A stretch of 64,000 nt of DNA from a virus (Duplodnaviria; Caudoviricetes). Of the stretch, positions 1-7,704 are shown piece after piece. Made by a program: the position numbers and the translations under genes. Each line of letters begins with the position of its first letter. The stretch's first letter is position 1. Below the pieces are notes generated by a model, which made no database searches, was not told where the DNA came from, and saw only the letters and a list, made by a program, of their open reading frames with translations. The DNA lies in IMG/VR virus record IMGVR_UViG_3300020048_000076, positions 1 to 64,000 of that record; one strand, given 5' to 3'.

Positions 1-9
1 ATTCAACGT

Positions 10-117
10 TCATTTCTTTTCCTCTTTTTTCTTCTTACCGAAGATAGCTTCCCAGTTGTCGTTATACTTCTGTTGATCAGTCGGTCTTTGCTGACTGCCT
101 TTTCCGCCGGTGCTCAT
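10..117 (-). CDS. small hypothetical phage protein (35 aa, MSTGGKGSQQRPTD...WEAIFGKK)
   Basis: ATG at 117 overlaps the stop of the upstream gene; GKGS..RPTD..W..IFGKK pattern recalled from small phage proteins. Confidence 0.55.
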   Translation of the reverse strand: MSTGGKGSQQRPTDQQKYNDNWEAIFGKKKKEEKK

Positions 118-875
118 ATAAATCGCCCGTCCTTCATTATGCCTTGTGATCGACGAAATTCTGTGTGTCTTAAAATCAAGTCTTTGTTGTTGCGCATAAA
201 CATAATTAACCCCCAACCCATGCTGCCTTGTTTAAAAACATAGCCTTTTTTTGCTTTTTGTACACGTTCCCCTTGCTTGGCTGAAGCTAATTTTTCTAAA
301 GCATAGGGATACCAGAGTTCAATCTCTTTTCTATTGTAAAGATATGAAAGATTAGCTTTTAAACAAACATGTTTGGGCATACAGTAATGCGGTGTTCTGC
401 TTACTCTATCTAACGTTACCAAGCTAATGTTTAAGTCTTTGGCAATTGTTTTTCGAGATATCATTTTACTATCATCAGGGATGTTTACCATCTCTTGTGG
501 TTTCTTAATCTCAGGTTTTACTTCCACTTTTATTTCCTTTACGGTTTTGGTAATTTGTTTACCGGCTTTTTTAGTTTCAGCTTTTTTCTTTTCGTGTTTT
601 CTATGTGATTCAGCTATTTTTTCCTTATTGTTTTCTGCATATGCTTTATAGTAATCTGCTACTTTACTAGCGTTATCCATGTACCAAAGTGCTTGGTATT
701 CTTTTTGTTTTTGTTTTAACACTACGTCTTGGGCTATGCGTTCAATCCTTCTTTGATTAGCGGCTTTTACTTTATCTGGGTTGGCTAGTGCATAGGCTTT
801 TTTCCTTGCTTGAATAGCCTCTTTATTCTCAAGGTAATAGGCTTTGTTTTTAGCCAGTTTTTCTTCTCTTGTCAT
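114..875 (-). CDS. basic helical-repeat protein with C-terminal AlpA/excisionase-like HTH
   Basis: N-terminal NKEAI/NKEKI helical repeats; SRKTIAKDLNISLVTLDR...YLYNRKEIELW resembles a winged HTH; ATG at 875 overlaps the preceding stop (ATGA). Confidence 0.5.
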   Translation of the reverse strand: MTREEKLAKNKAYYLENKEAIQARKKAYALANPDKVKAANQRRIERIAQDVVLKQKQKEYQALWYMDNASKVADYYKAYAENNKEKIAESHRKHEKKKAETKKAGKQITKTVKEIKVEVKPEIKKPQEMVNIPDDSKMISRKTIAKDLNISLVTLDRVSRTPHYCMPKHVCLKANLSYLYNRKEIELWYPYALEKLASAKQGERVQKAKKGYVFKQGSMGWGLIMFMRNNKDLILRHTEFRRSQGIMKDGRFI

Positions 876-982
876 TGCCATTGTAAACTCTCCACAATAA
901 CGCTTATTAAAACAATAGCCATCCCTATTAAGCAAATAGCTAATACGATTTCATTTTCATCTCGTCGTTTAGGTGATCTCAT
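872..982 (-). CDS. small membrane protein (36 aa), absent from the ORF track
   Basis: MRSPKRRDENEIVLAICLIGMAIVLISVIVESLQWQ*; ATGA overlaps at both ends; one hydrophobic stretch. Confidence 0.5.
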   Translation of the reverse strand: MRSPKRRDENEIVLAICLIGMAIVLISVIVESLQWQ

Positions 983-1173
983 TTTCCACATCTCATCCAA
1001 AGTTGTTCTGCCAGTCTATGTCGGCTTATTAATTTTTCTTTCTTTGCTGCTTTGTATTTCTTTTCTAATTGAATACATCGTTGTTCTATTGTCGGCTTTT
1101 TAGATGTCGGCTTTTTGGCATAGGCATTGCTAGTGATTATTGCCAGTACAATTATTGCGATGGTAGTTTTCAT
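979..1173 (-). CDS. small exported protein
   Basis: Signal-peptide-like N-terminus MKTTIAIIVLAIITSNAYA; GAGG RBS. Confidence 0.55.
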   Translation of the reverse strand: MKTTIAIIVLAIITSNAYAKKPTSKKPTIEQRCIQLEKKYKAAKKEKLISRHRLAEQLWMRCGK

Positions 1174-1197
1174 ATCGGCCTCGTGTAGTTGTCGGCA

Positions 1198-1767
1198 TTA
1201 AGCCAGCTCATCTAAGGGAATATCCTTTTTAATCAGAGCATAGATTGTTTGCCTAGTGACTTCAAAATGGTTGGCTATATCGATTTTTGATGTCCCGCCG
1301 TAATACATGGCTAAGGCCATGGCTTTTTGCTTTTTGCTTAGTGATTCAGGGCGACCGAATTTTGTTCCCTTCTTACGGGCAGCAGCCAATCCAGCATTTA
1401 CCCGTTCAGTGATCAGGCCGCGTTCAAACTCGGCTAAACTGGCAAAGATATGGAATATCAATTTACCGGTGTTGGATGTGGTGTCGATACTTTCCGTTAA
1501 GGATTGAAAGCCGATGTCGGCATTCTCTAAATCTTTTACTACGACTAATAAATGTTGGAGGCTGCGTCCTAGCCTATCTAATTTCCAAACGGCCAGTGTA
1601 TCCCCTTTTCTGAGCGATTTTAAACAGTTTTTAAGCTCTGGCCTATCGGTCTTGGCACCTGACATCTTTTCTTGATAGATAATTTCACATCCTGCGGCGC
1701 TAAGTGCATCTAATTGCAATTGTGTATCCTGATCATTGGTGCTGACTCGTGCGTATCCTACTTTCAT
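1198..1767 (-). CDS. small serine recombinase (resolvase/invertase family)
   Basis: GYARVST catalytic motif, VWKLDRLGRS, FASLAEFERGLITERVNAG, KFGRP arm and C-terminal HTH. Confidence 0.95.
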   Translation of the reverse strand: MKVGYARVSTNDQDTQLQLDALSAAGCEIIYQEKMSGAKTDRPELKNCLKSLRKGDTLAVWKLDRLGRSLQHLLVVVKDLENADIGFQSLTESIDTTSNTGKLIFHIFASLAEFERGLITERVNAGLAAARKKGTKFGRPESLSKKQKAMALAMYYGGTSKIDIANHFEVTRQTIYALIKKDIPLDELA

Positions 1768-1792
1768 TTGTGTATCCTCTTCGGTTGTCGGC

Positions 1793-2371
1793 TTAATTGT
1801 CTGTTAACAGTTCAAAAACTTCTTTCATTCCTTCATTACGGCGTAGTTTTCTTAATGCTTTAGCTTCTATTATCCGAACACTTTCACCTGTTATACCAAA
1901 TTCTTTTGCGATTACATCCAGTGTTTTTGCTTCGCCATCAATACCATATCTAGCGTTAAGCACTTTTTGCTCTCGGTCAGTTAATGCTGATACCACATAG
2001 TCAAAAGCTTCTATAATCTCAGAATTACATAAAGCTTTCATAGGGTCACTTGATTTTTCTAAACGAGTTAATTCTTGATGTGAAAATTCATAATCGATTT
2101 TGTTAGTTACTAAAGCGGTTAACTGGTTTTCTGACCAAACCTCATAGGGCATGACACAAAAGTAATCACAGATTAACTGTGCGCCTTTTTTAAGGTTTCC
2201 GGTCTGTTTTTGAAGTGGTGAAGTGACCATATTTAAATAGTTATTTAAATATGGGTACCCTATACCTATCAATTTGGCTGTTTCTACCGGACCATGTCCT
2301 CCCTCCTCAATTAAACGCAACAAATTATTATTTCTAATTTTTAAAGTAACTCGGTAATCTTTTGTACTCAT
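1793..2371 (-). CDS. HTH plus sigma70 region 4 domain protein (putative transcription regulator)
   Basis: C-terminal LTDREQKVLNARYGIDGEAKTLDVIAKEFGITGESVRIIEAKALRKLR matches Sigma70_r4; N-terminal HTH-like segment; start placed at 2371 after the AACCGAAGAGG RBS. Confidence 0.8.
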   Translation of the reverse strand: MSTKDYRVTLKIRNNNLLRLIEEGGHGPVETAKLIGIGYPYLNNYLNMVTSPLQKQTGNLKKGAQLICDYFCVMPYEVWSENQLTALVTNKIDYEFSHQELTRLEKSSDPMKALCNSEIIEAFDYVVSALTDREQKVLNARYGIDGEAKTLDVIAKEFGITGESVRIIEAKALRKLRRNEGMKEVFELLTDN

Positions 2372-2397
2372 CTTAATATCCTCTTCGGTTGTCGGCA

Positions 2398-2769
2398 TTA
2401 GTCCAGTGATAAACCACGGTCTTTTGCTTCGTCTATTAATTGCTGATCGTCGATATTGAAAAGCATTTCTTCTACGGTGAATAAAGCAAGGGCATCTATA
2501 GCGCCTTCTTCGATCAGCTGTTGGCAAATAGTTAACGGTTCAAGTTCATCCTGAATTGCAGTTAACATTTCCTGAGCGTCAAACATCTGCATGGGTTCTA
2601 ACCCCATGTCTAAAGTTAATAAGGTAACTTCTTCTGAAGTTAACTCTGGGAATACATCCAAGATATTCATTCGGTTATTAATGAAATGGGTGATGTCGGA
2701 TAAATCCAATTTAGTATCAAATTGAATCTGGAATATTCGGTTTAAAATTGAAGTATCTTTGGTACACAT
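2398..2769 (-). CDS. hypothetical acidic protein
   Basis: ORF preceded by conserved leader and AAGGA RBS. Confidence 0.65.
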   Translation of the reverse strand: MCTKDTSILNRIFQIQFDTKLDLSDITHFINNRMNILDVFPELTSEEVTLLTLDMGLEPMQMFDAQEMLTAIQDELEPLTICQQLIEEGAIDALALFTVEEMLFNIDDQQLIDEAKDRGLSLD

Positions 2770-2823
2770 AGGTGTTTCCTTTTCGGTTGTCGGCCTTTAG
2801 TTGTCGGCATAGTTAAAATGTTG

Positions 2824-2857
2824 TAGCAAATGCTATCACGATTTTTTACGTTTTCAA
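2824..2857 (-). promoter_or_regulatory. putative sigma70 promoter (TTGAAA-N16-TAGCAT with extended TG) overlapped by the palindrome TAGCA-TT-TGCTA
   Basis: Minus strand TTGAAAacgtaaaaaatcgTGaTAGCATttgcta upstream of the 2769 gene. Confidence 0.4.
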
Positions 2858-2975
2858 ACCCTTTTATTTGACTGGGTTGGGTTTTTTTTACTGGGTTGAA
2901 GTTTAACGTTTAGTACTGGGTACAATACTAAAGGGTAAGCTTACCGGTAAAGGTGCGCCGTCCTTGGCGCTGGGG

Positions 2976-3302
2976 TTAAGCTTTTAAATAATCGGCCATG
3001 GTGAGGATATAGTTTTTGCAGTCCAGTATTAAGTCCCATGTTAGATAAAATGCTATGTTGTTAACTTTAACATCGCCGGTTATTTCATAAAACAATATGT
3101 ATATTTTAACGTTGTCGTCTTCAGGAAATGAGCTATTGATATCTTGTATTTGAGTATTTGCCGGTGTGCAATAAATATGGTCGCCTACTGATACCATGTA
3201 GTAGGTGATCATTTGACTGCTTTCTTCTCTATCAAAGTTTTCATAACGGATTATTTCATTATGTAATGCTCTAATGTATTCACTTTTTTGTGCGTGGTTC
3301 AT
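2976..3302 (-). CDS. hypothetical early protein
   Basis: ORF with conserved leader. Confidence 0.7.
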   Translation of the reverse strand: MNHAQKSEYIRALHNEIIRYENFDREESSQMITYYMVSVGDHIYCTPANTQIQDINSSFPEDDNVKIYILFYEITGDVKVNNIAFYLTWDLILDCKNYILTMADYLKA

Positions 3303-3353
3303 GGTGTTGCCTCTTCGGTTTAGTGCGCCGTCCTTGGCGCTGGGGTTGTGGGG

Positions 3354-3770
3354 TTAATTGATAACGGTAAAATCTTTATAACCTAGTGCTTCGGTGATTG
3401 CTTCAAGTGCTTCTCTGGTCTGTCCTGATCCGTTTATTGATCGGTTTAATACTACGCCGGCGCTTTCTAATGCGTCGCCTAGTGCGGCGCTTATTTTGTC
3501 GTAACCATAGCCCCCTGCTGATCCGTGGCCGCTGGTGCTGTAACCATAGCAATTAATCCAAACTGAGCAATAGACTACGCTGGCGCTTGTAGCTCTGCCC
3601 ATGTAAAAACGTGCATCGATAACGGTCATAAAATCGCCGTCAGGCGCTGTTTTTAGTTTAGCAATAGATAGGTAGCGGTCTACCGTTTCTTTATTGCCTC
3701 CAAGGTTTTTAGCGTTGTCCTTTTGGTCGTTATATGATGGGATAGTTGCAATTAATTTATCTTGTGCCAT
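3354..3770 (-). CDS. hypothetical early protein (SGHGSAGGYGYDK motif)
   Basis: AAGGAG RBS; TAATG overlap with the upstream frame. Confidence 0.75.
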   Translation of the reverse strand: MAQDKLIATIPSYNDQKDNAKNLGGNKETVDRYLSIAKLKTAPDGDFMTVIDARFYMGRATSASVVYCSVWINCYGYSTSGHGSAGGYGYDKISAALGDALESAGVVLNRSINGSGQTREALEAITEALGYKDFTVIN

Positions 3771-4133
3771 TAAATAGACTCCTTTTCGATGGCTGGTGTG
3801 GTTGCTGGTGTGGTTGCTGGTGTGGTTGCTGGTGTGGTTGTTAAATCTTCCAGGATCGGGTTAATTAATCCAAGTTGAGCCGTCAAGCGTTGTACTGCTT
3901 GCTCTTTTGTTTCTCGCTTTAGGGTTAAGGGTTCGGCTCCTGTCCGTCCGTCTTCGTGCCATGATCGGGTTAATTAATCCCAGTTGAGCCGTCAAGCGTT
4001 GTACTGCTTGCTCTTTTGTTTCTTGCTTCAGGTTTAGGGGTTCGCCTCCGTTCCGTCCGTCTTCGTGCCTAAAATACAAAACGTTATTTTTAACATAGTA
4101 ACAAAAATAGGGGCGCTCTGATGTTGTGGCCAT
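3770..4133 (-). pseudogene. early gene interrupted by a 109-bp imperfect tandem duplication (frameshift)
   Basis: 3852-3960 and 3961-4069 are near-identical; the distal copy's frame runs through TTPA x4 to a TAA that overlaps the next ATG. Confidence 0.6.
3792..3839. repeat. 12-bp tandem repeat (GCTGGTGTGGTT)x4
   Basis: Four perfect units; encode TTPA repeats on the minus strand. Confidence 0.95.
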
Positions 4134-4233
4134 GGTCTGTCCTCTTCGGTTGGTTAATTAAGTTTAGCGGTTAGCACTAAAGTTTAATGCTAGCTGATAA
4201 GCTTGCGCCGTCCTTGGCGCTGGGGTTGTGGGT

Positions 4234-4389
4234 TTATCCGCCGTTCTTAACGAATATTGATATCGCTCTCTTGGCGGCTTTCATGGTCTTGTACGGTTTA
4301 GTTCCGTAACCATGGCAAAAAGATACTCTTACGGCTGGATGGTTAAAATATCCGTGGATGTAACAGCCTTTATAATAATCTGTAAACAT
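4234..4389 (-). CDS. small hypothetical protein (51 aa), absent from the ORF track
   Basis: MFTDYYKGCYIHGYFNHPAVRVSFCHGYGTKPYKTMKAAKRAISIFVKNGG*; fills the gap between two leaders. Confidence 0.6.
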   Translation of the reverse strand: MFTDYYKGCYIHGYFNHPAVRVSFCHGYGTKPYKTMKAAKRAISIFVKNGG

Positions 4390-4409
4390 AATTTTCTCTT
4401 GGTTGTGGT

Positions 4410-4718
4410 TTAGTAATGGCTACCGTATTCGATAGCATACAGGGGGCGGCGGTTTGATTTGTCAACAATCACAATATTATACTGGTCATCTTCTATTGCG
4501 CATTTTCCGGCGCTGGATTGGTTTAACAGTCCAGCATCCCTAAAGTATTTTAATAATTTTCTGGGGCTCCATGTAAGCGCCTCTTCTGATATCTCGCCGG
4601 CGTTGTACCATTGGTTCCAGTTCCAGCTTTTGGGCTCTGTATCTGCCCATGCGTCAATGCTTAAGATTTTAAGGGTTGTTGGTTCTGTTGGTTCTGGTGC
4701 GTTTTGTTCGTTGTTCAT
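4410..4718 (-). CDS. hypothetical early protein
   Basis: ORF in array with GGCGGA RBS. Confidence 0.7.
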   Translation of the reverse strand: MNNEQNAPEPTEPTTLKILSIDAWADTEPKSWNWNQWYNAGEISEEALTWSPRKLLKYFRDAGLLNQSSAGKCAIEDDQYNIVIVDKSNRRPLYAIEYGSHY

Positions 4719-4727
4719 GGTTCCGCC

Positions 4728-4943
4728 TTAATCGTCAAGTAATGAATCAGGGAATACTTTTATTTTCTTGCCCTTGTAGCTAATACAAACTAGGCCAAAA
4801 TTACCAAAACTTTCGTAAAATATAGCGGTTCTGGTGATCAGTTCGCCGCTCTTTGTTTCTAGTGTTACTTTTTCTTTTTTGCCGTTGGTATAGACTACCC
4901 ATCGGCTACCGGTGTTGTTTAAATAATAGCATCCGTTTAACAT
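4728..4943 (-). CDS. hypothetical early protein
   Basis: Start moved to 4943, directly after the hairpin and AACCGAAGAGG leader. Confidence 0.7.
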   Translation of the reverse strand: MLNGCYYLNNTGSRWVVYTNGKKEKVTLETKSGELITRTAIFYESFGNFGLVCISYKGKKIKVFPDSLLDD

Positions 4944-4990
4944 GGTTTTTCCTCTTCGGTTGTGGCCGTCCATGGCCGTGGTTGTGGGCT

Positions 4991-5734
4991 TTAGTAGCTG
5001 ATAGCGTTCCAATAATTATCTTCTAACTTTTCGATGTCTTCAAAAGCTTTTGCGCGTTGGTGCATTATGTCGTTGAGGGTGTTTTTGATCGCTTTGCATA
5101 TCGGTTCCGCGTAGCCCTCCGGATGTGCTTTTAACTCTGCAATCAGGGGCAAGGCTTCGCGGTTTAGTTCGTGGATCATTTCGCGGTGCGTCCTGATGTC
5201 TTCCTCTGCTCTATATTTTGCGTCCTCTTCTCTGCCCTCTTCGGCTATGCGTTCGGCGTAACGGTTGGCGGCGTGTGCGGCTTGGTTCATACAGTCGTAA
5301 ACATCGGCGTAAACTGTCGCGCCGTCCCAATCATTAGAATAGACCGCCGGCATAAATTGAATATGGGCGCCGGCGTTGTCGCGGTCGTCGTCGTTTAATG
5401 CTTTGGGGTTGCGGATAAAAACAACTGCGGGGATTACTAAATCATTTTGTAAATTGTCCGCATACCATGATGATATATTACGGGCGCCGGTTTTGTCCGC
5501 GTCAATCCATTTTTTACAGGGGAAACTGTCCAAGGAATCGATAAAATATTTTTGTTTATCGGTTGAGCGCGTCAAGTATGGCCGGCTTAATACTTCCGGT
5601 TTTGGGTACCGGTGGCTTTGCCATTTTGTGCGGTAAGTAATACCGTTTTCAATATATAGCGCGTTTGATTGTTCGGCCTTTGCTTTGTAAGCTTTCAGGC
5701 GGCGGCTTGCTGGTGTGTTTAGTTGTGCTTTCAT
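4991..5734 (-). CDS. hypothetical early protein (247 aa)
   Basis: ORF with AGAGGG RBS. Confidence 0.75.
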   Translation of the reverse strand: MKAQLNTPASRRLKAYKAKAEQSNALYIENGITYRTKWQSHRYPKPEVLSRPYLTRSTDKQKYFIDSLDSFPCKKWIDADKTGARNISSWYADNLQNDLVIPAVVFIRNPKALNDDDRDNAGAHIQFMPAVYSNDWDGATVYADVYDCMNQAAHAANRYAERIAEEGREEDAKYRAEEDIRTHREMIHELNREALPLIAELKAHPEGYAEPICKAIKNTLNDIMHQRAKAFEDIEKLEDNYWNAISY

Positions 5735-5754
5735 GGTCTGCCCTCTGTTTTGGT

Positions 5755-6015
5755 TTATGGTTTGGTTTGTATTGGTTTTCTTACGTGTTCGGGGTTCGGT
5801 TCTAATCTATAAATTATCCGATAGGTTCCACGTTCGTTGTCGCGGTAATCTTTCAGGTTGTCGCGTACTTCGCGGCTGTTTTCGCTTGCGGTTAGGTCTT
5901 CCCATCCGTCACAGTAAAACCCTTGTAAAATGTAAAGATACAAAAATTTATTAATGCGTGGCGCTTTGGTTGTAGGCTTTGCGGTTGCTGGTGCGGTTGC
6001 GGTTGCTGGTGTCAT
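5755..6015 (-). CDS. hypothetical early protein
   Basis: ORF with hairpin leader; LQGFYCDGWED motif. Confidence 0.7.
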   Translation of the reverse strand: MTPATATAPATAKPTTKAPRINKFLYLYILQGFYCDGWEDLTASENSREVRDNLKDYRDNERGTYRIIYRLEPNPEHVRKPIQTKP

Positions 6016-6059
6016 GGTCTGCCCTCTGGTTTAGGTTGTGGCCGTCCGTGGCCGTGGTT

Positions 6060-6293
6060 TTAATTTATTAAGTATGTGCAGTCGTTGCGGTGTTCGCGGT
6101 CTTCTTCGTCCATCTCTACAACTTTATAATCTTTTAACAGTAAAAAAATGGTTTTGTAATGGTCTTCTAGTTTTTCACCTAAAAGACAATTCTTTAAAAT
6201 GTTAACGGTGGCGGCGTGGCGCTGTGCGTTCTCTACACTGTCAAATTGCGCGCCGTCTTCGGTGCTGTAAATGGTTTTACATTTTATTATCAT
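6060..6293 (-). CDS. hypothetical early protein
   Basis: ORF in array. Confidence 0.6.
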   Translation of the reverse strand: MIIKCKTIYSTEDGAQFDSVENAQRHAATVNILKNCLLGEKLEDHYKTIFLLLKDYKVVEMDEEDREHRNDCTYLIN

Positions 6294-6318
6294 GGTTGCG
6301 GCCTTGGTTCTGGATCGG

Positions 6319-6531
6319 TTAAGGGTGGGCGCGTTCTACTTTTTGGTAGGTGTCCGACGTTGTTACCAGTTCGGAAACCGTGTAAATTCGTCCCTGATCC
6401 AAAATAAAAAGGCCGCTCTTCGTGTGCTCAAGCTTCACAAGATCGGCGGGTTTTGGCATGTTGGCGGCGATAAAATACCCGGCGCTAAAAAATGCAAGGG
6501 CGGCGGCGATGTTAATAAGTGCGTTTTTCAT
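6319..6531 (-). CDS. small membrane-anchored protein
   Basis: N-terminal hydrophobic helix; full conserved leader upstream. Confidence 0.7.
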   Translation of the reverse strand: MKNALINIAAALAFFSAGYFIAANMPKPADLVKLEHTKSGLFILDQGRIYTVSELVTTSDTYQKVERAHP

Positions 6532-6628
6532 AGTGTAGCCTCTTCGGTTGGTTGGTTGGTTAAAGTTTAACGTTTAGCACTGGATAGAATGCTAAAGGGT
6601 AAACTGTGCGCCGTCCTTGGCGCGTTTA

Positions 6629-6799
6629 TTACTTGGGGCGGTGTTCGGTGTATCTTTTTTCTTTTGCGGCTGTGGCGGCTCTTTTTAGGGGGCAATTGGC
6701 CAGGCTTTTAAGGTGTGCGCCTATTGTGTGCCATGTGATGAAATCATACTGGTCAATATAGCCAGTGATACCGGATAATATAAAGCTTTTTCCTTTCAT
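6629..6799 (-). CDS. small hypothetical protein (56 aa), absent from the ORF track
   Basis: MKGKSFILSGITGYIDQ...; ATGA overlap with the upstream stop. Confidence 0.5.
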   Translation of the reverse strand: MKGKSFILSGITGYIDQYDFITWHTIGAHLKSLANCPLKRAATAAKEKRYTEHRPK

Positions 6800-7410
6800 T
6801 GGCCGGCGGCCTTTCTTAAGCTTGGCGCAGTCAGGGCGGCGGCGTTTAACAGGTCTTCGAGTTCTCGCGCTTCGGCGTAGGGTTGGCCGGCTCTGTATAA
6901 ACTTGATTCATAATTAAGGGCTCTGTATTCTGAATTTGTAAAAGATTTTAAGCTCATGTGCGCCGGTTTGCGCTCGTTTAATATTCCAGATATGCCGCGG
7001 TCAAGGTCTAAAAATGCGATTTTGTGATCAATTAAAAGTGTCGCCGCTATGCGTTGCCCGTGGGCGCTGTATAGGTTGCCCGTGTTCCATGTTTCAATAA
7101 GGGGCGGCGCTGGTGGTGCGGCTGGTGGTTCAATCTCTAAAAGTTCGGCCATGCTTAAAGACATTAAATCGTTATAGGTTTCGGCCAAAAATTGAAATCT
7201 CAAATCTGCTAATGATTGGCCGGCGGTGAATGCTTGCGCTTTTTCCATTGCTAACTTTTCGCGCTCTGTGCGGTCGTTTAACATGCCATCAATACCATTT
7301 TTTAATACGTCGGCGGCGCTGGGTGTTGCGCGTTCGTTTAGGGTTTTTCTGGCTTGCGCTTCGTGTGCTATTTCTTGGGCTTCTAAAAATAAGGTGTTTA
7401 ATTTGTTCAT
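6796..7410 (-). CDS. hypothetical early protein
   Basis: ORF with hairpin leader. Confidence 0.7.
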   Translation of the reverse strand: MNKLNTLFLEAQEIAHEAQARKTLNERATPSAADVLKNGIDGMLNDRTEREKLAMEKAQAFTAGQSLADLRFQFLAETYNDLMSLSMAELLEIEPPAAPPAPPLIETWNTGNLYSAHGQRIAATLLIDHKIAFLDLDRGISGILNERKPAHMSLKSFTNSEYRALNYESSLYRAGQPYAEARELEDLLNAAALTAPSLRKAAGQ

Positions 7411-7473
7411 TGTGTAGCCTCTTCGGTTCGTGGTTTAGGTTGTGGCCGTCCTTGGCCGTGGTTGCTGGATCGG

Positions 7474-7629
7474 TTAGCAGTCGAAAGGCTCCGTTATTGG
7501 TTCCGGTTTAACGTTTTTTAACATTTCATTTAATGCGTTATTTTCGCGCTCTTTCCATTCTGGCATGCTTGGCGCTGGTGCGCTTGGGAATAGTTCATCA
7601 AGGGCGGCGTGTGTATCTGGTTCTCTCAT
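7474..7629 (-). CDS. small hypothetical protein (51 aa), absent from the ORF track
   Basis: MREPDTHAALDELFPS...; flanked by near-identical leader repeats. Confidence 0.6.
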   Translation of the reverse strand: MREPDTHAALDELFPSAPAPSMPEWKERENNALNEMLKNVKPEPITEPFDC

Positions 7630-7704
7630 TGTGTAGCCTCTGCGGTTGGTGGTTTAGGTTGTGGCCGTCCTTGGCCGTGGTTGGTTCTGGTTCTGGTTGC
7701 TGAT

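Larger units (their letters stand above)
2955..7676 (-). promoter_or_regulatory. eight intergenic hairpins with C-ANGGAC-G loops (2955-2970, 3325-3340, 4205-4220, 4964-4977, 6040-6053, 6608-6623, 7444-7457, 7663-7676)
   Basis: Sense-strand GCGCC-AAGGAC-GGCGC x4, GGCC-AAGGAC-GGCC x2, GGCC-ATGGAC-GGCC and GGCC-ACGGAC-GGCC; all lie between a stop codon and the next RBS. Confidence 0.9.

Noticed and set aside
3861-4069. Duplication as a DGR VR/TR pair
   Set aside because: Mismatches include G/C, C/T and G/T changes, so they are not adenine-specific.
2955-7676. CRISPR or mini-CRISPR array
   Set aside because: The repeats are 14-16 bp and separated by whole genes of 150-1400 bp, not uniform spacers. 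No cas genes are present.
2955-7676. Hairpins as intrinsic terminators or integron attC sites
   Set aside because: There is no U-tract after the stems on either strand. The stems are too short, lack the RYYYAAC/GTTRRRY boxes, and no tyrosine integrase is present.
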